DNA of 64,000 nucleotides from Gemmatimonadota bacterium (GCA_040905395.1 JBBDRR010000168.1:6102-70101), one strand, 5' to 3'; shown: positions 1 through 9,139, numbered from the stretch's first letter. Numbers and translations: made by a program. The notes: generated from the letters alone by a model not told the origin.

Positions 1-1
1 C

Positions 2-1087
2 CAGGACCCGGGCGCGATCGCGGCCGGCGCCCTGGTGGCCGCGCAGCCCGGCGAGCGGGTGCTCGATCTCGCCGCGGCCCCCGGGGGCAAGGCAACCCAC
101 CTCGCGGCGCAGATGCAAAACGAGGGAGTGCTCATCGCGAACGATGTGAGCCGACCCCGTGCGAGGGAGCTGGTTCGAAACCTGGAGCGATGCGGGGTCC
201 GCAACGCGATCATCCTCTCCGAGACCGCCGAGCGGCTCGCCGGGCACTTCGGGCCGTACTTCGATCGCGTCCTGCTGGATGCACCCTGCTCGGGCGAGTC
301 GATGTTCCACAAGAGCGCCGCCGCCCGTGAGGACTGGAGTCCGGCGGCGGTGGGCGGATGCGCACGCCGACAGACAGGTCTGCTGCAGATGGCGGCGAAG
401 CTCACCCGGCCCGGCGGCGTTCTGGTCTACTCCACCTGCACCTTCGGGCTCGAGGAGAACGAGGAAGTAGTCTCCGGCTTCCTTTCCGCTCATCCACACT
501 TCAGCCTCGAACCGCTCGGGTCGTTTCGCGGCCTGGAAGAGGTCGAGCCGGGGGTGTACCGGTTGTGGCCTCACCGGATCCCGGGAGCCGGCCACTTCAT
601 CGCCGCCTTGCGTCGAGATCACGACGGGGCGGGCGCCGTGGTCGGACGCTGGGAGCCCACCCCGCCTCCGGACGCGCTCCGCTATTTCGGACGATTCCGG
701 CAGGACGTATTCCCGGCACTGCCGGTCGATCCGGCACGGCTCGCCCTTCTGGGCCGCGAGCTCTACGAGTTGCCGGCGCACCCGCCCGCGGTGAAGGGAT
801 TGAGGGTCCTCAGACCCGGGTTCTGGCTGGGGACGGTGCAGCGCGACCGCTTCGAGCCGGGGCATGCGCTCGCCCTCGCCGTCGGACCGGACCTTTCACC
901 GGCGACCGCTGACCTGCGGCTGGAGGACGAGCGGGTCGGACGATACCTTCGTGGCCACCCGATCGATCACGCCGGGCCCCCCGGATGGATGCCGGTCGCC
1001 GTGGACGGTTTCGCCCTCGGTTGGGGCAAGCGCGTCGGCGCTACGGTGAAGAACCACTACCCTAAGGGTCTTCGCCTGCGCGGATGA
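2..1087 (+). CDS. SAM-dependent rRNA cytosine-C5 methyltransferase, RsmB/RsmF (NOL1/NOP2/Sun) family; 5' end lies outside the window
   Basis: The frame is open from the window edge. The translation has VLDLAAAPGGKATH (SAM motif) and DAPCSGESMF (catalytic Cys motif) typical of RsmB/F. Stop at 1085-1087. Confidence 0.85.
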   Translation, partial: QDPGAIAAGALVAAQPGERVLDLAAAPGGKATHLAAQMQNEGVLIANDVSRPRARELVRNLERCGVRNAIILSETAERLAGHFGPYFDRVLLDAPCSGESMFHKSAAAREDWSPAAVGGCARRQTGLLQMAAKLTRPGGVLVYSTCTFGLEENEEVVSGFLSAHPHFSLEPLGSFRGLEEVEPGVYRLWPHRIPGAGHFIAALRRDHDGAGAVVGRWEPTPPPDALRYFGRFRQDVFPALPVDPARLALLGRELYELPAHPPAVKGLRVLRPGFWLGTVQRDRFEPGHALALAVGPDLSPATADLRLEDERVGRYLRGHPIDHAGPPGWMPVAVDGFALGWGKRVGATVKNHYPKGLRLRG

Positions 1088-1157
1088 AGGGGTAGCCAAA
1101 TGCAGGGCCGACAGGTCAAATTGCTCCGCTCGTCGGAGCCACGGCCAGAGGGAAAGA

Positions 1158-2177
1158 ATGACGATCGATTTGATGGAGCAGCTCGCTCTGCTGGAACGAG
1201 AAGGAAGCGAAGCGATAGAGTCTGCCGCGGATGCGGATGAACTGGAGCACCTGCGGGTGGACCTCCTCGGCCGCAAGGGACGCCTCACCGGAATACTGCG
1301 CGGACTCGGCCAGCTCTCGGCCGAGGAGCGTCCCCGGGTCGGCGCGGAGGCGAATCGCATCAAGGAGGTGCTCGCCGCTCGCCTGGAGGAGCGGAAGAGT
1401 GGATCGTCGGAGGAGACGGGCAGCTCCGGAATCGACCTCACGATGCCCGGCAGGGGACGCTGGCGGGGCGGGCTCCACCCGGTGACGCAGGTGGTCGAGG
1501 AGATCTGTGAGATCTTCGAGAGCCTCGGCTTCGCCAAAGTCCGGGGTCCCGAAGTCGAGACGGTCGACTACAACTTCACCAAGCTCAACACCCCGCTCGA
1601 CCATCCCGCGGCCGACATGCACGACACCTTCTATCTCTCGGACGGGGTCGTCCTGAGGACGCATACGTCTCCCGTCCAGGCCCGGGTGATGGAGCAGGTG
1701 GAGCCTCCCGTGCGCGTCGTCGTGCCGGGCACGGTCTATCGGCGAGACCCGTTCGACGCATCACACGCCCCGGCGTTCGAGCAGATCGAGGGGCTCGCGG
1801 TCGACGAGGGAATCACCTTCCTGGATCTCAAGGCCACCCTCTCCGAATTCGCGCGCCGCTTCCTCGGTCCCGACACCCGTACTCGCTTCCGTCCGTCGTT
1901 CTTCCCCTTCACCGAGCCATCGGCGGAGGTCGACGTCTCCTGCCGGATCTGCGGGGGTGCGGGGTGCAGCGCCTGCAAGCGCACCGGCTGGATGGAGATC
2001 ATGGGAGCGGGTATGGTCGATCCCGCCGTCTTCCAGGCCGTAGGGTACGATCCCGAGCGCTACACCGGTTTCGCCTTCGGCATGGGCCCGGCCCGGATCG
2101 CCCTGCAGCGTTACCGGATACCCGACATCCGCCTGCTCTACGAGAACGACGTGAGGTTCCTGGAGCAGTTCGGGTGA
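1158..2177 (+). CDS. pheS: Phenylalanine--tRNA ligase alpha subunit
   Basis: 339 aa with class II aaRS motifs (FRPSFFPFTEPSAEVD, GAGMVDP, FAFGMGPARIA). Followed by pheT. Confidence 0.97.
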   Translation: MTIDLMEQLALLEREGSEAIESAADADELEHLRVDLLGRKGRLTGILRGLGQLSAEERPRVGAEANRIKEVLAARLEERKSGSSEETGSSGIDLTMPGRGRWRGGLHPVTQVVEEICEIFESLGFAKVRGPEVETVDYNFTKLNTPLDHPAADMHDTFYLSDGVVLRTHTSPVQARVMEQVEPPVRVVVPGTVYRRDPFDASHAPAFEQIEGLAVDEGITFLDLKATLSEFARRFLGPDTRTRFRPSFFPFTEPSAEVDVSCRICGGAGCSACKRTGWMEIMGAGMVDPAVFQAVGYDPERYTGFAFGMGPARIALQRYRIPDIRLLYENDVRFLEQFG

Positions 2178-2186
2178 GGGAGAGGG

Positions 2187-2377
2187 ACGTTGTACGTCGT
2201 ACGTTATCCGTTATCCGTTGTATGAGGCGTGCCAGGACACGTGGGACGACGGGGGAAGGTGTGCGCATCCCGCTGCTCGAGGCGACAGGGCGGCTCGGAT
2301 GCCGCGACGACGCAACGAATAACGTATGACGTACAACGTATGACGTATGACGTATGACGTATGACGTATAACGTACT
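2187..2377. repeat. Intergenic inverted-repeat element whose arms are tandem 7-mers (family copy 1)
   Basis: Left arm is 5 units (ACGTTGT ACGTCGT ACGTTAT CCGTTAT CCGTTGT). Right arm is 8 units (ACGTATG-type, four of them perfect and consecutive). 2187-2207 is complementary to 2319-2339 at 20 of 21 positions. It shares the 13-mer CCGTTATCCGTTG with the copy at 24001. Confidence 0.8.
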
Positions 2378-2386
2378 TCCGAATCA

Positions 2387-4762
2387 ATGAACATCTCCTA
2401 CCGATGGCTGCGAGCCATCGCCCCGACGATCGAGGACACACCCGAACGGCTCGCCGACCGGCTGGGGATGCTCGGTGCGCCGGTGGACGAGATCATCGAT
2501 CTGGGCGCCGGACTCGGGGACATCGTTGTCGCCCGGGTCGAGGAGGTTCGGCCGCATCCGAACGCCGATCGGCTGCGCTTGTGCACCGTCCGCGCGGGGG
2601 CCGAGCCGCTCCAGGTCGTCTGCGGCGCACCGAATGTGGAGGGGGGACGGTTCTATCCGTTCGCTCCGATCGGAGCGACGCTGCCGGGCGGCATGCAGAT
2701 CAAGAAAGCGAAGCTTCGCGGCGAGCTTTCTCAGGGGATGCTGTGCTCGCCACGCGAGCTCGGACTCGGGCGCGATCACGACGGGCTGATGATGCTGACG
2801 GGGGACTGGGAGCCGGGCACCGGCTTCGTCAGCGCCCTCGGTCTCGACGACACCCGGCTCGTGCTGGACATCACCCCGAACCGGCCGGACCTCCTTTCGC
2901 ACATCGGAGTGGCACGTGAGCTGGGACCAGGGGGAGTCGCCGACATCGTGCTGGCACCGTTCTTAGACGTGGAGAGAGCGCTCGCACCGGAGGGCGCCGA
3001 TCGTACGGGCAGCACGGGCGCGGTGCAGATCACTGTCGAGGACGATGCGGGCTGCCCCCGATATATGGCGGCGGTGGTGGAGGGTGTGCGGGTGGCTCCT
3101 TCGCCCGAATGGCTCGCGACGCGCCTTCGGTCCGTCGGAATTCGCCCGATCAACAACGTCGTGGACGCAACGAACTACGTGCTGCACGAACTCGGTCAAC
3201 CGATGCACGCCTTCGACCTCGACCGGCTCACCGGGTCCGAGGTCCGGGTCCGTCGAGCGCGCAGCGGCGAGCGGATAACGACGCTCGATGGCGTCGAACG
3301 GAAGCTCGACGGCAGCGAGCTCGTCATAGCCGATCGCGAGAAACCGATAGCGCTCGCGGGGATTATGGGCGGCGAGGACAGTGAAGTGAGCGCCGCGACC
3401 ACCCGCATCCTCCTGGAGTGCGCGCTGTTCGACCCGCTGACCGTGCGGAAGACCGCGCGGGGTCTCGGCCTCGCGACCGATGCGTCACATCGATTCGAAC
3501 GCGGGGTCGACCCTGAGGGACAGCCGGGTGCGCTGCGAAGGGTCGTCGAGCTGATCCTGGCTGTGGCGGGGGGCACGACGTCGCAGCCGGCGGCGGACGT
3601 CCACCCGTCCGGCGCCCCCCGAGTTCGACTGGCGGTCCGGCCTTCACGCGTGCGGCAGGTGCTCGGCGTCGAGCTACCGACCGAAGAGATCGAAGGTCTG
3701 TTGGGACCGATCGGGTTCGAGGTCCAGAACGCAGGGGAGGAGATGCAAGTGCGGGTGCCCTCGTATCGGCCGGACGTGACGCGCGAAATCGATGTCGTCG
3801 AGGAGATCGCCCGACGCCGCGGCTACGATAGCTTCGACGCGGAGCTCGGCCATTTCCGGCCGGGTCGGGTCACCTCCGACCCGCTCCTCGGCCTTCAGAA
3901 CGAGGTTCGTGTCCTCTTCGCGAGCTGGGGCGCGCTCGAGGCACGAACCGCGGCGTTCGCGCCTGCGTCCGAGAACAGGGTTCCTCTCCTGAATCCGCTC
4001 TCCGCCGAGGAGAGCCACCTGCGAGACGACCTGACGGAGGGGCTGCTCCGGAGGGTCGAGCACAACTGGTCGCACGGGGTTCGGGCCGTGCGGCTGTTCG
4101 AGATCGGTACGGTCTTTCGGCCGAACGGCGCCGTGCCCCACGAGGAGATTCGGGTGGCAGCGGTGCTGACCGGACCCGCCTCTCCACCGCACTGGAGCGC
4201 CGAGAGCCGCCCCTGCGACGTCTGGGACATCAAGGCGCTCGTACAGGACGCCCTGGATCTGGTCGGCGGTACGATCACGCCAGGCGACGACGGGTCCGAT
4301 GCGTATCTTTCCGGCGAGCGGTTCGACGTCAGAGGGGAGGATGGCGACACGAGGGGCTCGGCGGGCCGGATCCGGATGGACCGCCTGGACGCTCCGGCGT
4401 GGGCGGATCCCGTGTACGCCCTCGAAGTCGTTCTGCGGCCGCCGAAGGCCATTCCGGACCCCACTTATCAGCCGCTCCCCTCCTTCCCTCCGGTGGAAAG
4501 GGACCTGGCGCTCGTGACGCCATCCTCCGTGACCGCGGGGCAGGTAGAGGAGGTCCTGCGGGCGGGTGGGGGCGATCTGCTAGATCGCGTCTGGCCGTTC
4601 GACGTGTACGAGGGCAAGGGGATTCCGGAAGGAACCAGGAGCGTCGCCTGGCGGTTGCGTTTCCGTCACTCGGAGCGGACGCTCACGGACGAGGAGGTGG
4701 ACGGGATCATCACGCGAACGCTGAACTCGCTCGACGAGCAGTACGGCGTCAAGCGGCGTTAG
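2387..4762 (+). CDS. pheT: Phenylalanine--tRNA ligase beta subunit
   Basis: 791 aa. N-terminal tRNA-binding domain (VVARVEEVRPHPNADRLRLC), B3/4 and B5 regions, and a C-terminal anticodon-binding-like domain. Synteny with pheS. Confidence 0.97.
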   Translation: MNISYRWLRAIAPTIEDTPERLADRLGMLGAPVDEIIDLGAGLGDIVVARVEEVRPHPNADRLRLCTVRAGAEPLQVVCGAPNVEGGRFYPFAPIGATLPGGMQIKKAKLRGELSQGMLCSPRELGLGRDHDGLMMLTGDWEPGTGFVSALGLDDTRLVLDITPNRPDLLSHIGVARELGPGGVADIVLAPFLDVERALAPEGADRTGSTGAVQITVEDDAGCPRYMAAVVEGVRVAPSPEWLATRLRSVGIRPINNVVDATNYVLHELGQPMHAFDLDRLTGSEVRVRRARSGERITTLDGVERKLDGSELVIADREKPIALAGIMGGEDSEVSAATTRILLECALFDPLTVRKTARGLGLATDASHRFERGVDPEGQPGALRRVVELILAVAGGTTSQPAADVHPSGAPRVRLAVRPSRVRQVLGVELPTEEIEGLLGPIGFEVQNAGEEMQVRVPSYRPDVTREIDVVEEIARRRGYDSFDAELGHFRPGRVTSDPLLGLQNEVRVLFASWGALEARTAAFAPASENRVPLLNPLSAEESHLRDDLTEGLLRRVEHNWSHGVRAVRLFEIGTVFRPNGAVPHEEIRVAAVLTGPASPPHWSAESRPCDVWDIKALVQDALDLVGGTITPGDDGSDAYLSGERFDVRGEDGDTRGSAGRIRMDRLDAPAWADPVYALEVVLRPPKAIPDPTYQPLPSFPPVERDLALVTPSSVTAGQVEEVLRAGGGDLLDRVWPFDVYEGKGIPEGTRSVAWRLRFRHSERTLTDEEVDGIITRTLNSLDEQYGVKRR

Positions 4763-4783
4763 AGCGGCGTTAGAAAGGAGCGA

Positions 4784-5065
4784 ATGGCGCTGTCGAACGA
4801 GTGGTTGCGACTGGAGAGGTCCGCCGAGGAGGCGGCCCTCGCGATCGGCCGATGGACGCGCCGTGCCCGCGAGGCCGAGGACGAGGTCGAACGACTGCGG
4901 CGGGCGCTGGAGGAGGTCGCCGGCGAGAAGCCGGGAACGGAAGATCTGGCCGACGCGATGAAGCGTCTGAAGGCGGAGAACGCGGCATTGCGGAGTCGGA
5001 TGCTTCAGGGTCGCAAGCGCGTCGCCGGACTCATGCAGCGGCTCGCCGCGCTGGAGGTCGAATGA
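4784..5065 (+). CDS. Hypothetical small coiled-coil protein (ZapB-like by composition only)
   Basis: 93 aa with heptad-like E/R/L-rich sequence. AAGGAG Shine-Dalgarno lies before the ATG. The stop overlaps the zapA start (ATGA at 5062-5065). Confidence 0.5.
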   Translation: MALSNEWLRLERSAEEAALAIGRWTRRAREAEDEVERLRRALEEVAGEKPGTEDLADAMKRLKAENAALRSRMLQGRKRVAGLMQRLAALEVE

Positions 5066-5394
5066 CGGAGCGACGGTCCGGCCGGCAGAGCGTTTCGGTG
5101 GAGATCGCCGGCGAGCGGCATGTGCTCAAATCAGGCGCCTCGCCCGAGTACACGCAGAACGTCGCGGCACACCTGGACGAGACGATTCGATCCCTCGGGC
5201 TCGGCAATACACTGGACCCCCACCGCGCTGCGATCCTCGCAGCCCTGACCATCACCGACGAGCTCTTCCGGACTCGAGCCGAGCTCGCCGAACTGCGTGC
5301 CGAGCTCGCCCACCGCTCGACCCGGCTGGCTGAGCTTCTCGACCAGGCCGCGAAGAACGCGTCGGATGCCGACACTCCCGCAAAAAACGGCTGA
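5062..5394 (+). CDS. zapA: Cell division protein ZapA
   Basis: 110 aa. The N-terminal VSVEIAGERHVLKS...PEYTQNVAAHLDE pattern followed by a coiled-coil tail is typical of ZapA. The position after pheT matches many genomes. Confidence 0.8.
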   Translation: MTERRSGRQSVSVEIAGERHVLKSGASPEYTQNVAAHLDETIRSLGLGNTLDPHRAAILAALTITDELFRTRAELAELRAELAHRSTRLAELLDQAAKNASDADTPAKNG

Positions 5395-5669
5395 GCCCCG
5401 GTCGACGATTTCGTAAATTCTTCCGAAACATCAGGGGTTGCGCCGGCTGAGCGGAGCCGCCTATGTTCTTCTCGTAGTTTATCCTCCCCCGTGCGCTCTC
5501 CTGTGCCGCGCCTGGCCTTTTACAGTTTCTCGGCTGGACCGCCGGTTCCCAGGGTGCCGCGCACCCGGTACCTGTCGACTCGTTCGCCGTGACGGAGTCC
5601 CCCGGGTGCAACGGGCTTTACATGCGGGTCACACGAGGTTTTCGCCTCGTGGCAACATAGACCAATTCA

Positions 5670-7235
5670 ATGGACATCGTGCTGACCGCCCTCGCCGTGG
5701 CGGTTCTCGCAGCGGCCGCCGGATTCTTCGGGGGCCGCTCGGCTGAACGAAGCCGCCTTCGGCGGTCCCGGGCGACCGCCGAAGAGGAAGCCGCCCGGAT
5801 CGTCGCGGGGGCCGAACAGGAAGCCGAAACCCTGCGTAAGGCGGAAATCCTCGCCGGCAAGGAAGCGGGTTTCAAAGCGAAGGAAGAGTGGGAGCGCGAG
5901 GAAACGCGACGCCGCGACGAAATCGAGCGGGCGGAGCGCCGGATCCAGGAGCGCGAGGAGACTCTCGATCGCAAGTTCCTGCTGCTGGAGGAAAAGGTAC
6001 AGGGGCAGGACGAGCGCGCCGAGTCGATCACGAAGCGTGAGAAGGCGACGGACGATCGGGAAGCCGAGCTCCAGGGCAGGATCGTAGACGTCCAGCAGCG
6101 GCTCGAGGCGCTCGCCGGCTTGAGCGCCGAAGACGCCAAACGGCAGCTCATGCAGGGCTTGGAGGAGGAGGCCAAGGCGGAAGCGGCGCAACGAATCCGG
6201 GAGATCAAGGAAGAAGCCCGGCGCGAGGCCGAGCGCGAGGCCAAGAAGATCATCTCGCTCGCCATCCAGCGCATCGCTGCGGACCACACGGCGGAGACGA
6301 CAGTTTCCGTCGTCTCACTCCCGTCGGACGAGATGAAGGGCCGGATCATCGGCCGCGAGGGGCGCAATATCCGCGCGTTCGAGCAGGCTACCGGGATCGA
6401 CGTCATCATCGACGACACGCCGGAGGCGGTCGTGCTCTCCGGGTTCGACCCGATCCGCCGCGAGACGGCGCGAATCGCCCTCGAAAAGCTCGTCTCGGAC
6501 GGCCGGATCCATCCGGGCCGGATCGACGACGTCGTCGTGAAGAGCCGGAAGGAGGTCGAGAACGGGATGCGCGAGGCCGCGGAGGAGATGCTCTACGAGC
6601 TCGGCATCCACGGCCTCAACCCCGAGATCGTCAAGGTCCTCGGTCGTCTGAAGTTTCGCACTTCGTACGGTCAGAACCAGCTCCAGCACTCGAAGGAAGT
6701 CGCTCTTCTCGCCGGTAACATGGCGGCGGAGATGGGCTTCGACGTGCCGCTGGCGAAGCGGATGGGGCTGCTCCACGACGTCGGCAAGGGGCTGACTCAC
6801 GAGCACGAGGGGACTCATGTGGAGCTGGGCTACCAGCTCTGCAAGAAGTACAACGAGTCCGACCAGGTGCTGAACGCCATCAAGGCACATCACGACGAGG
6901 AGCCGCATCGGTATCCGGAGACCTTCCTCGTCACGGCGGCCGACGCGATCTCCGGCTCCCGTCCAGGCGCTCGCCGCGAGAACTTCGAGACGTACGTGAA
7001 GCGTCTGGAACGCCTTGAGGAGATCGCCACCTCGCTGCCCGGAGTGGAGCGATGCTTCGCCATTCAGGCCGGCCGCGAGCTTCGCATCCTGGTCACGCCC
7101 GAAGAGGTCTCCGACGAGGAGATGTCCAAGCTCAGCGAGGAGACCGCGCGGCGGATCGAACAGGAGCTCCAGTACCCCGGCCAGATCAAGGTCGTCGTCA
7201 TCCGTGAGACCCGAGCGGTCGATTTCGCCCGCTGA
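5670..7235 (+). CDS. rny: Ribonuclease Y
   Basis: 521 aa with an N-terminal TM helix, a long charged coiled coil, a KH domain (GRIIGREGRNIRAFE) and an HD domain (LLHDVGK). Confidence 0.95.
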   Translation: MDIVLTALAVAVLAAAAGFFGGRSAERSRLRRSRATAEEEAARIVAGAEQEAETLRKAEILAGKEAGFKAKEEWEREETRRRDEIERAERRIQEREETLDRKFLLLEEKVQGQDERAESITKREKATDDREAELQGRIVDVQQRLEALAGLSAEDAKRQLMQGLEEEAKAEAAQRIREIKEEARREAEREAKKIISLAIQRIAADHTAETTVSVVSLPSDEMKGRIIGREGRNIRAFEQATGIDVIIDDTPEAVVLSGFDPIRRETARIALEKLVSDGRIHPGRIDDVVVKSRKEVENGMREAAEEMLYELGIHGLNPEIVKVLGRLKFRTSYGQNQLQHSKEVALLAGNMAAEMGFDVPLAKRMGLLHDVGKGLTHEHEGTHVELGYQLCKKYNESDQVLNAIKAHHDEEPHRYPETFLVTAADAISGSRPGARRENFETYVKRLERLEEIATSLPGVERCFAIQAGRELRILVTPEEVSDEEMSKLSEETARRIEQELQYPGQIKVVVIRETRAVDFAR

Positions 7236-7296
7236 GTCCGAGCGAGACCGGTGATCAGCCCTTGATTTAGAGGGCCAGGTTCCGGATCTTTGCTCA

Positions 7297-8109
7297 ATGC
7301 GGATTCTCTTCGTCGCTGACGTCATCGGCAGCCCCGGGCGCAAAGTCGCCAAGGGGCTGCTGCGTCTTGTACGCCAGGAGTCGGGCGCCGACGTCGTCGT
7401 TCTGAACGGGGAGAACTCGGCGGGCGGTTTCGGCATCACGCCGGACGTCTTCGCCGAGTTCCGGGCATTGGGCGTCGACGTGGTCACGACGGGAAACCAT
7501 GTATGGGACAAGCGGGAGGTACGGCCGCTGCTCGAGAAGGAGGAGCGCCTTCTGCGGCCCGCCAACTTCCCCCCCGGCAATCCGGGAAAGGGTGTCGTGA
7601 CGGTGACCATCGGTAGCACCCGGCTGGCGGTGTTGAACCTTCAGGGCCGCGTTTTCATGCCCCCGATCGACGACCCGTTCCGGATGGCTGACTCGATTCT
7701 CGCCGAGCTGGAGGACGTGGCCGATGTGGCGGTTCTGGATTTCCACGCCGAGGCGACGTCGGAGAAGCAGGCGATGGGGCACTACCTCGACGGTCGCATT
7801 GCCGCGGTCGTGGGCACGCACACCCACGTTCAGACGGCCGACGAGCGGATCCTGCCGAAAGGCACGGCATACCTCACGGATCTCGGCCTCACCGGCTCGC
7901 TCGGCGGGGTCATCGGCATGAAGGCCGAAATCTCGCTGCAACGCCAGCTTCTCCAGACCCGCGGCGAACGGATGCAACCGGCGGACGACGAGCTGCACCT
8001 GCAGGGCGCCGTCGTAGAGGTCGACACATCGACGGGGCGCGCCGTGTCCATCGACCGGGTCAGCGTTCCCTTCGCGAGATCGCTGGTGGGGGCGTTTGGT
8101 AATTTGTGA
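7297..8109 (+). CDS. ymdB: YmdB-family (TIGR00282) metallophosphoesterase
   Basis: 270 aa. MRILFVADVIGSPGR, NGENSAGGFGIT and GNHVWDK motifs. rny-ymdB synteny as in Bacillus. Confidence 0.9.
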   Translation: MRILFVADVIGSPGRKVAKGLLRLVRQESGADVVVLNGENSAGGFGITPDVFAEFRALGVDVVTTGNHVWDKREVRPLLEKEERLLRPANFPPGNPGKGVVTVTIGSTRLAVLNLQGRVFMPPIDDPFRMADSILAELEDVADVAVLDFHAEATSEKQAMGHYLDGRIAAVVGTHTHVQTADERILPKGTAYLTDLGLTGSLGGVIGMKAEISLQRQLLQTRGERMQPADDELHLQGAVVEVDTSTGRAVSIDRVSVPFARSLVGAFGNL

Positions 8110-8115
8110 TCGTCC

Positions 8116-8195
8116 GTCATCCCGAGCGTCAGCGAGGGATCTGCACGTGACCCGGCGCCATAGGCGTGCGGATCCCGCGCTTCGCTCGGGATGAC
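8116..8195. repeat. Inverted pair of REP-like 30-31 nt units
   Basis: GTCATCCCGAGCGTCAGCGAGGGATCTGCAC (8116-8146) and its near reverse complement GTGCGGATCCCGCGCTTCGCTCGGGATGAC (8166-8195) are separated by 19 nt. The same unit recurs at 26272, 33584 and 53397. Confidence 0.85.
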
Positions 8196-8216
8196 ATCAT
8201 CTGCAATCGGTGTGAA

Positions 8217-9098
8217 ATGGCTCGGGTAATCAGCGGGACCGAGATCAGCCGGCAGATACGCGAGGAGATCGCCGAGGGGGTGGCTTCGCTCGCCGGCGAG
8301 GGCGTCAAGCCGACGCTCGCCGTCGTGCTCGTCGGCGCCGATCCGGCGAGTGAAGTGTACGTCAGGATGAAGGCGCGGGCGTGCGAGCGGGTGGGTATGG
8401 GCAGCCGCACGGTCGAACTGCCGACGGACGTGAGTGTCGACGAGCTCTTCGGTGTGATCGACGGTCTGAATGCCGACCCGGGGGTGCACGGAATTCTGGT
8501 CCAGCTGCCCTTGCCGGGGCACCTTCCGTACAAGCGGGTGTTGCAGCATGTCGATCCACAGAAGGACGTCGACGGATTTCACCCGCTGAACGCCGGGCTC
8601 GCATTCGTCGGTGATCCGGAGGGCTTCGTCCCGGCCACGCCGGCGGGGATCATGGAGATCCTGAAACGGGAGAAGGTGCCGACGCACGGCAGGCACGTCG
8701 TGATTGTCGGGCGCAGTCTGATCGTGAGCAAGCCGCTCGCGTCCCTGCTCATGGCGCCTGGTCCCAACGCGACAGTGACGCTGACGCACAAGTACACGGT
8801 CGATCTGGCATCGCATACCCGGATGGCGGACATCCTCGTCGTCGCCGTGGGCAAGCCGGGCCTGATCACCGCGGACATGGTGAAGCCCGGCGTGGTCGTC
8901 GTCGACGTGGGTACGACCCGGGTGGACGACGCCGATGAGGCGGCGGGGTACCGCATCGTGGGCGACGTCGATTTCGACGCGGTCGGTGAGATCGCCGAAG
9001 CGATCACTCCGGTGCCGGGCGGCGTGGGGCCGATGACGATCACGATGCTGCTGTCGAACACGCTCGAGGCCGCGAAGCGAAGCGTCCGGCCGGCGTAG
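8217..9098 (+). CDS. folD: Bifunctional methylenetetrahydrofolate dehydrogenase/cyclohydrolase
   Basis: 293 aa from the internal ATG, with GVHGILVQLPLP and GGVGPMTI motifs. The upstream 17 codons of the ORF lie in the REP repeat and were excluded. Confidence 0.95.
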   Translation: MARVISGTEISRQIREEIAEGVASLAGEGVKPTLAVVLVGADPASEVYVRMKARACERVGMGSRTVELPTDVSVDELFGVIDGLNADPGVHGILVQLPLPGHLPYKRVLQHVDPQKDVDGFHPLNAGLAFVGDPEGFVPATPAGIMEILKREKVPTHGRHVVIVGRSLIVSKPLASLLMAPGPNATVTLTHKYTVDLASHTRMADILVVAVGKPGLITADMVKPGVVVVDVGTTRVDDADEAAGYRIVGDVDFDAVGEIAEAITPVPGGVGPMTITMLLSNTLEAAKRSVRPA

Positions 9099-9139
9099 CC
9101 ACGAACGACGGTCGTATCCGACGTTAGAAGGGAAGAGTC

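Noticed and set aside
2322-2377. Possible CRISPR array or oriC-type DnaA-box cluster (TTATCCG strings in the arms).
   Set aside because: The units are 7 nt long with no spacers, so this is not CRISPR. TTATCCGTT does not match the DnaA box TTATCCACA beyond the first six bases. No dnaA, dnaN or AT-rich unwinding element lies nearby.
1999-2441. ORFs running through the pheS-pheT spacer, for example the translation VRYTSYVIRHTSYVVRHT.
   Set aside because: They are generated by the tandem 7-nt repeat. A period of 7 is incompatible with coding, and the peptide repetition is an artefact.
8166-8216. Upstream start for folD (MRIPRFARDDIICNRCE...). The 26266 start of the ORF ending at 26709 is a similar case.
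   Set aside because: These N-terminal extensions are translations of the REP-like repeat. Internal ATGs give proteins of canonical length.
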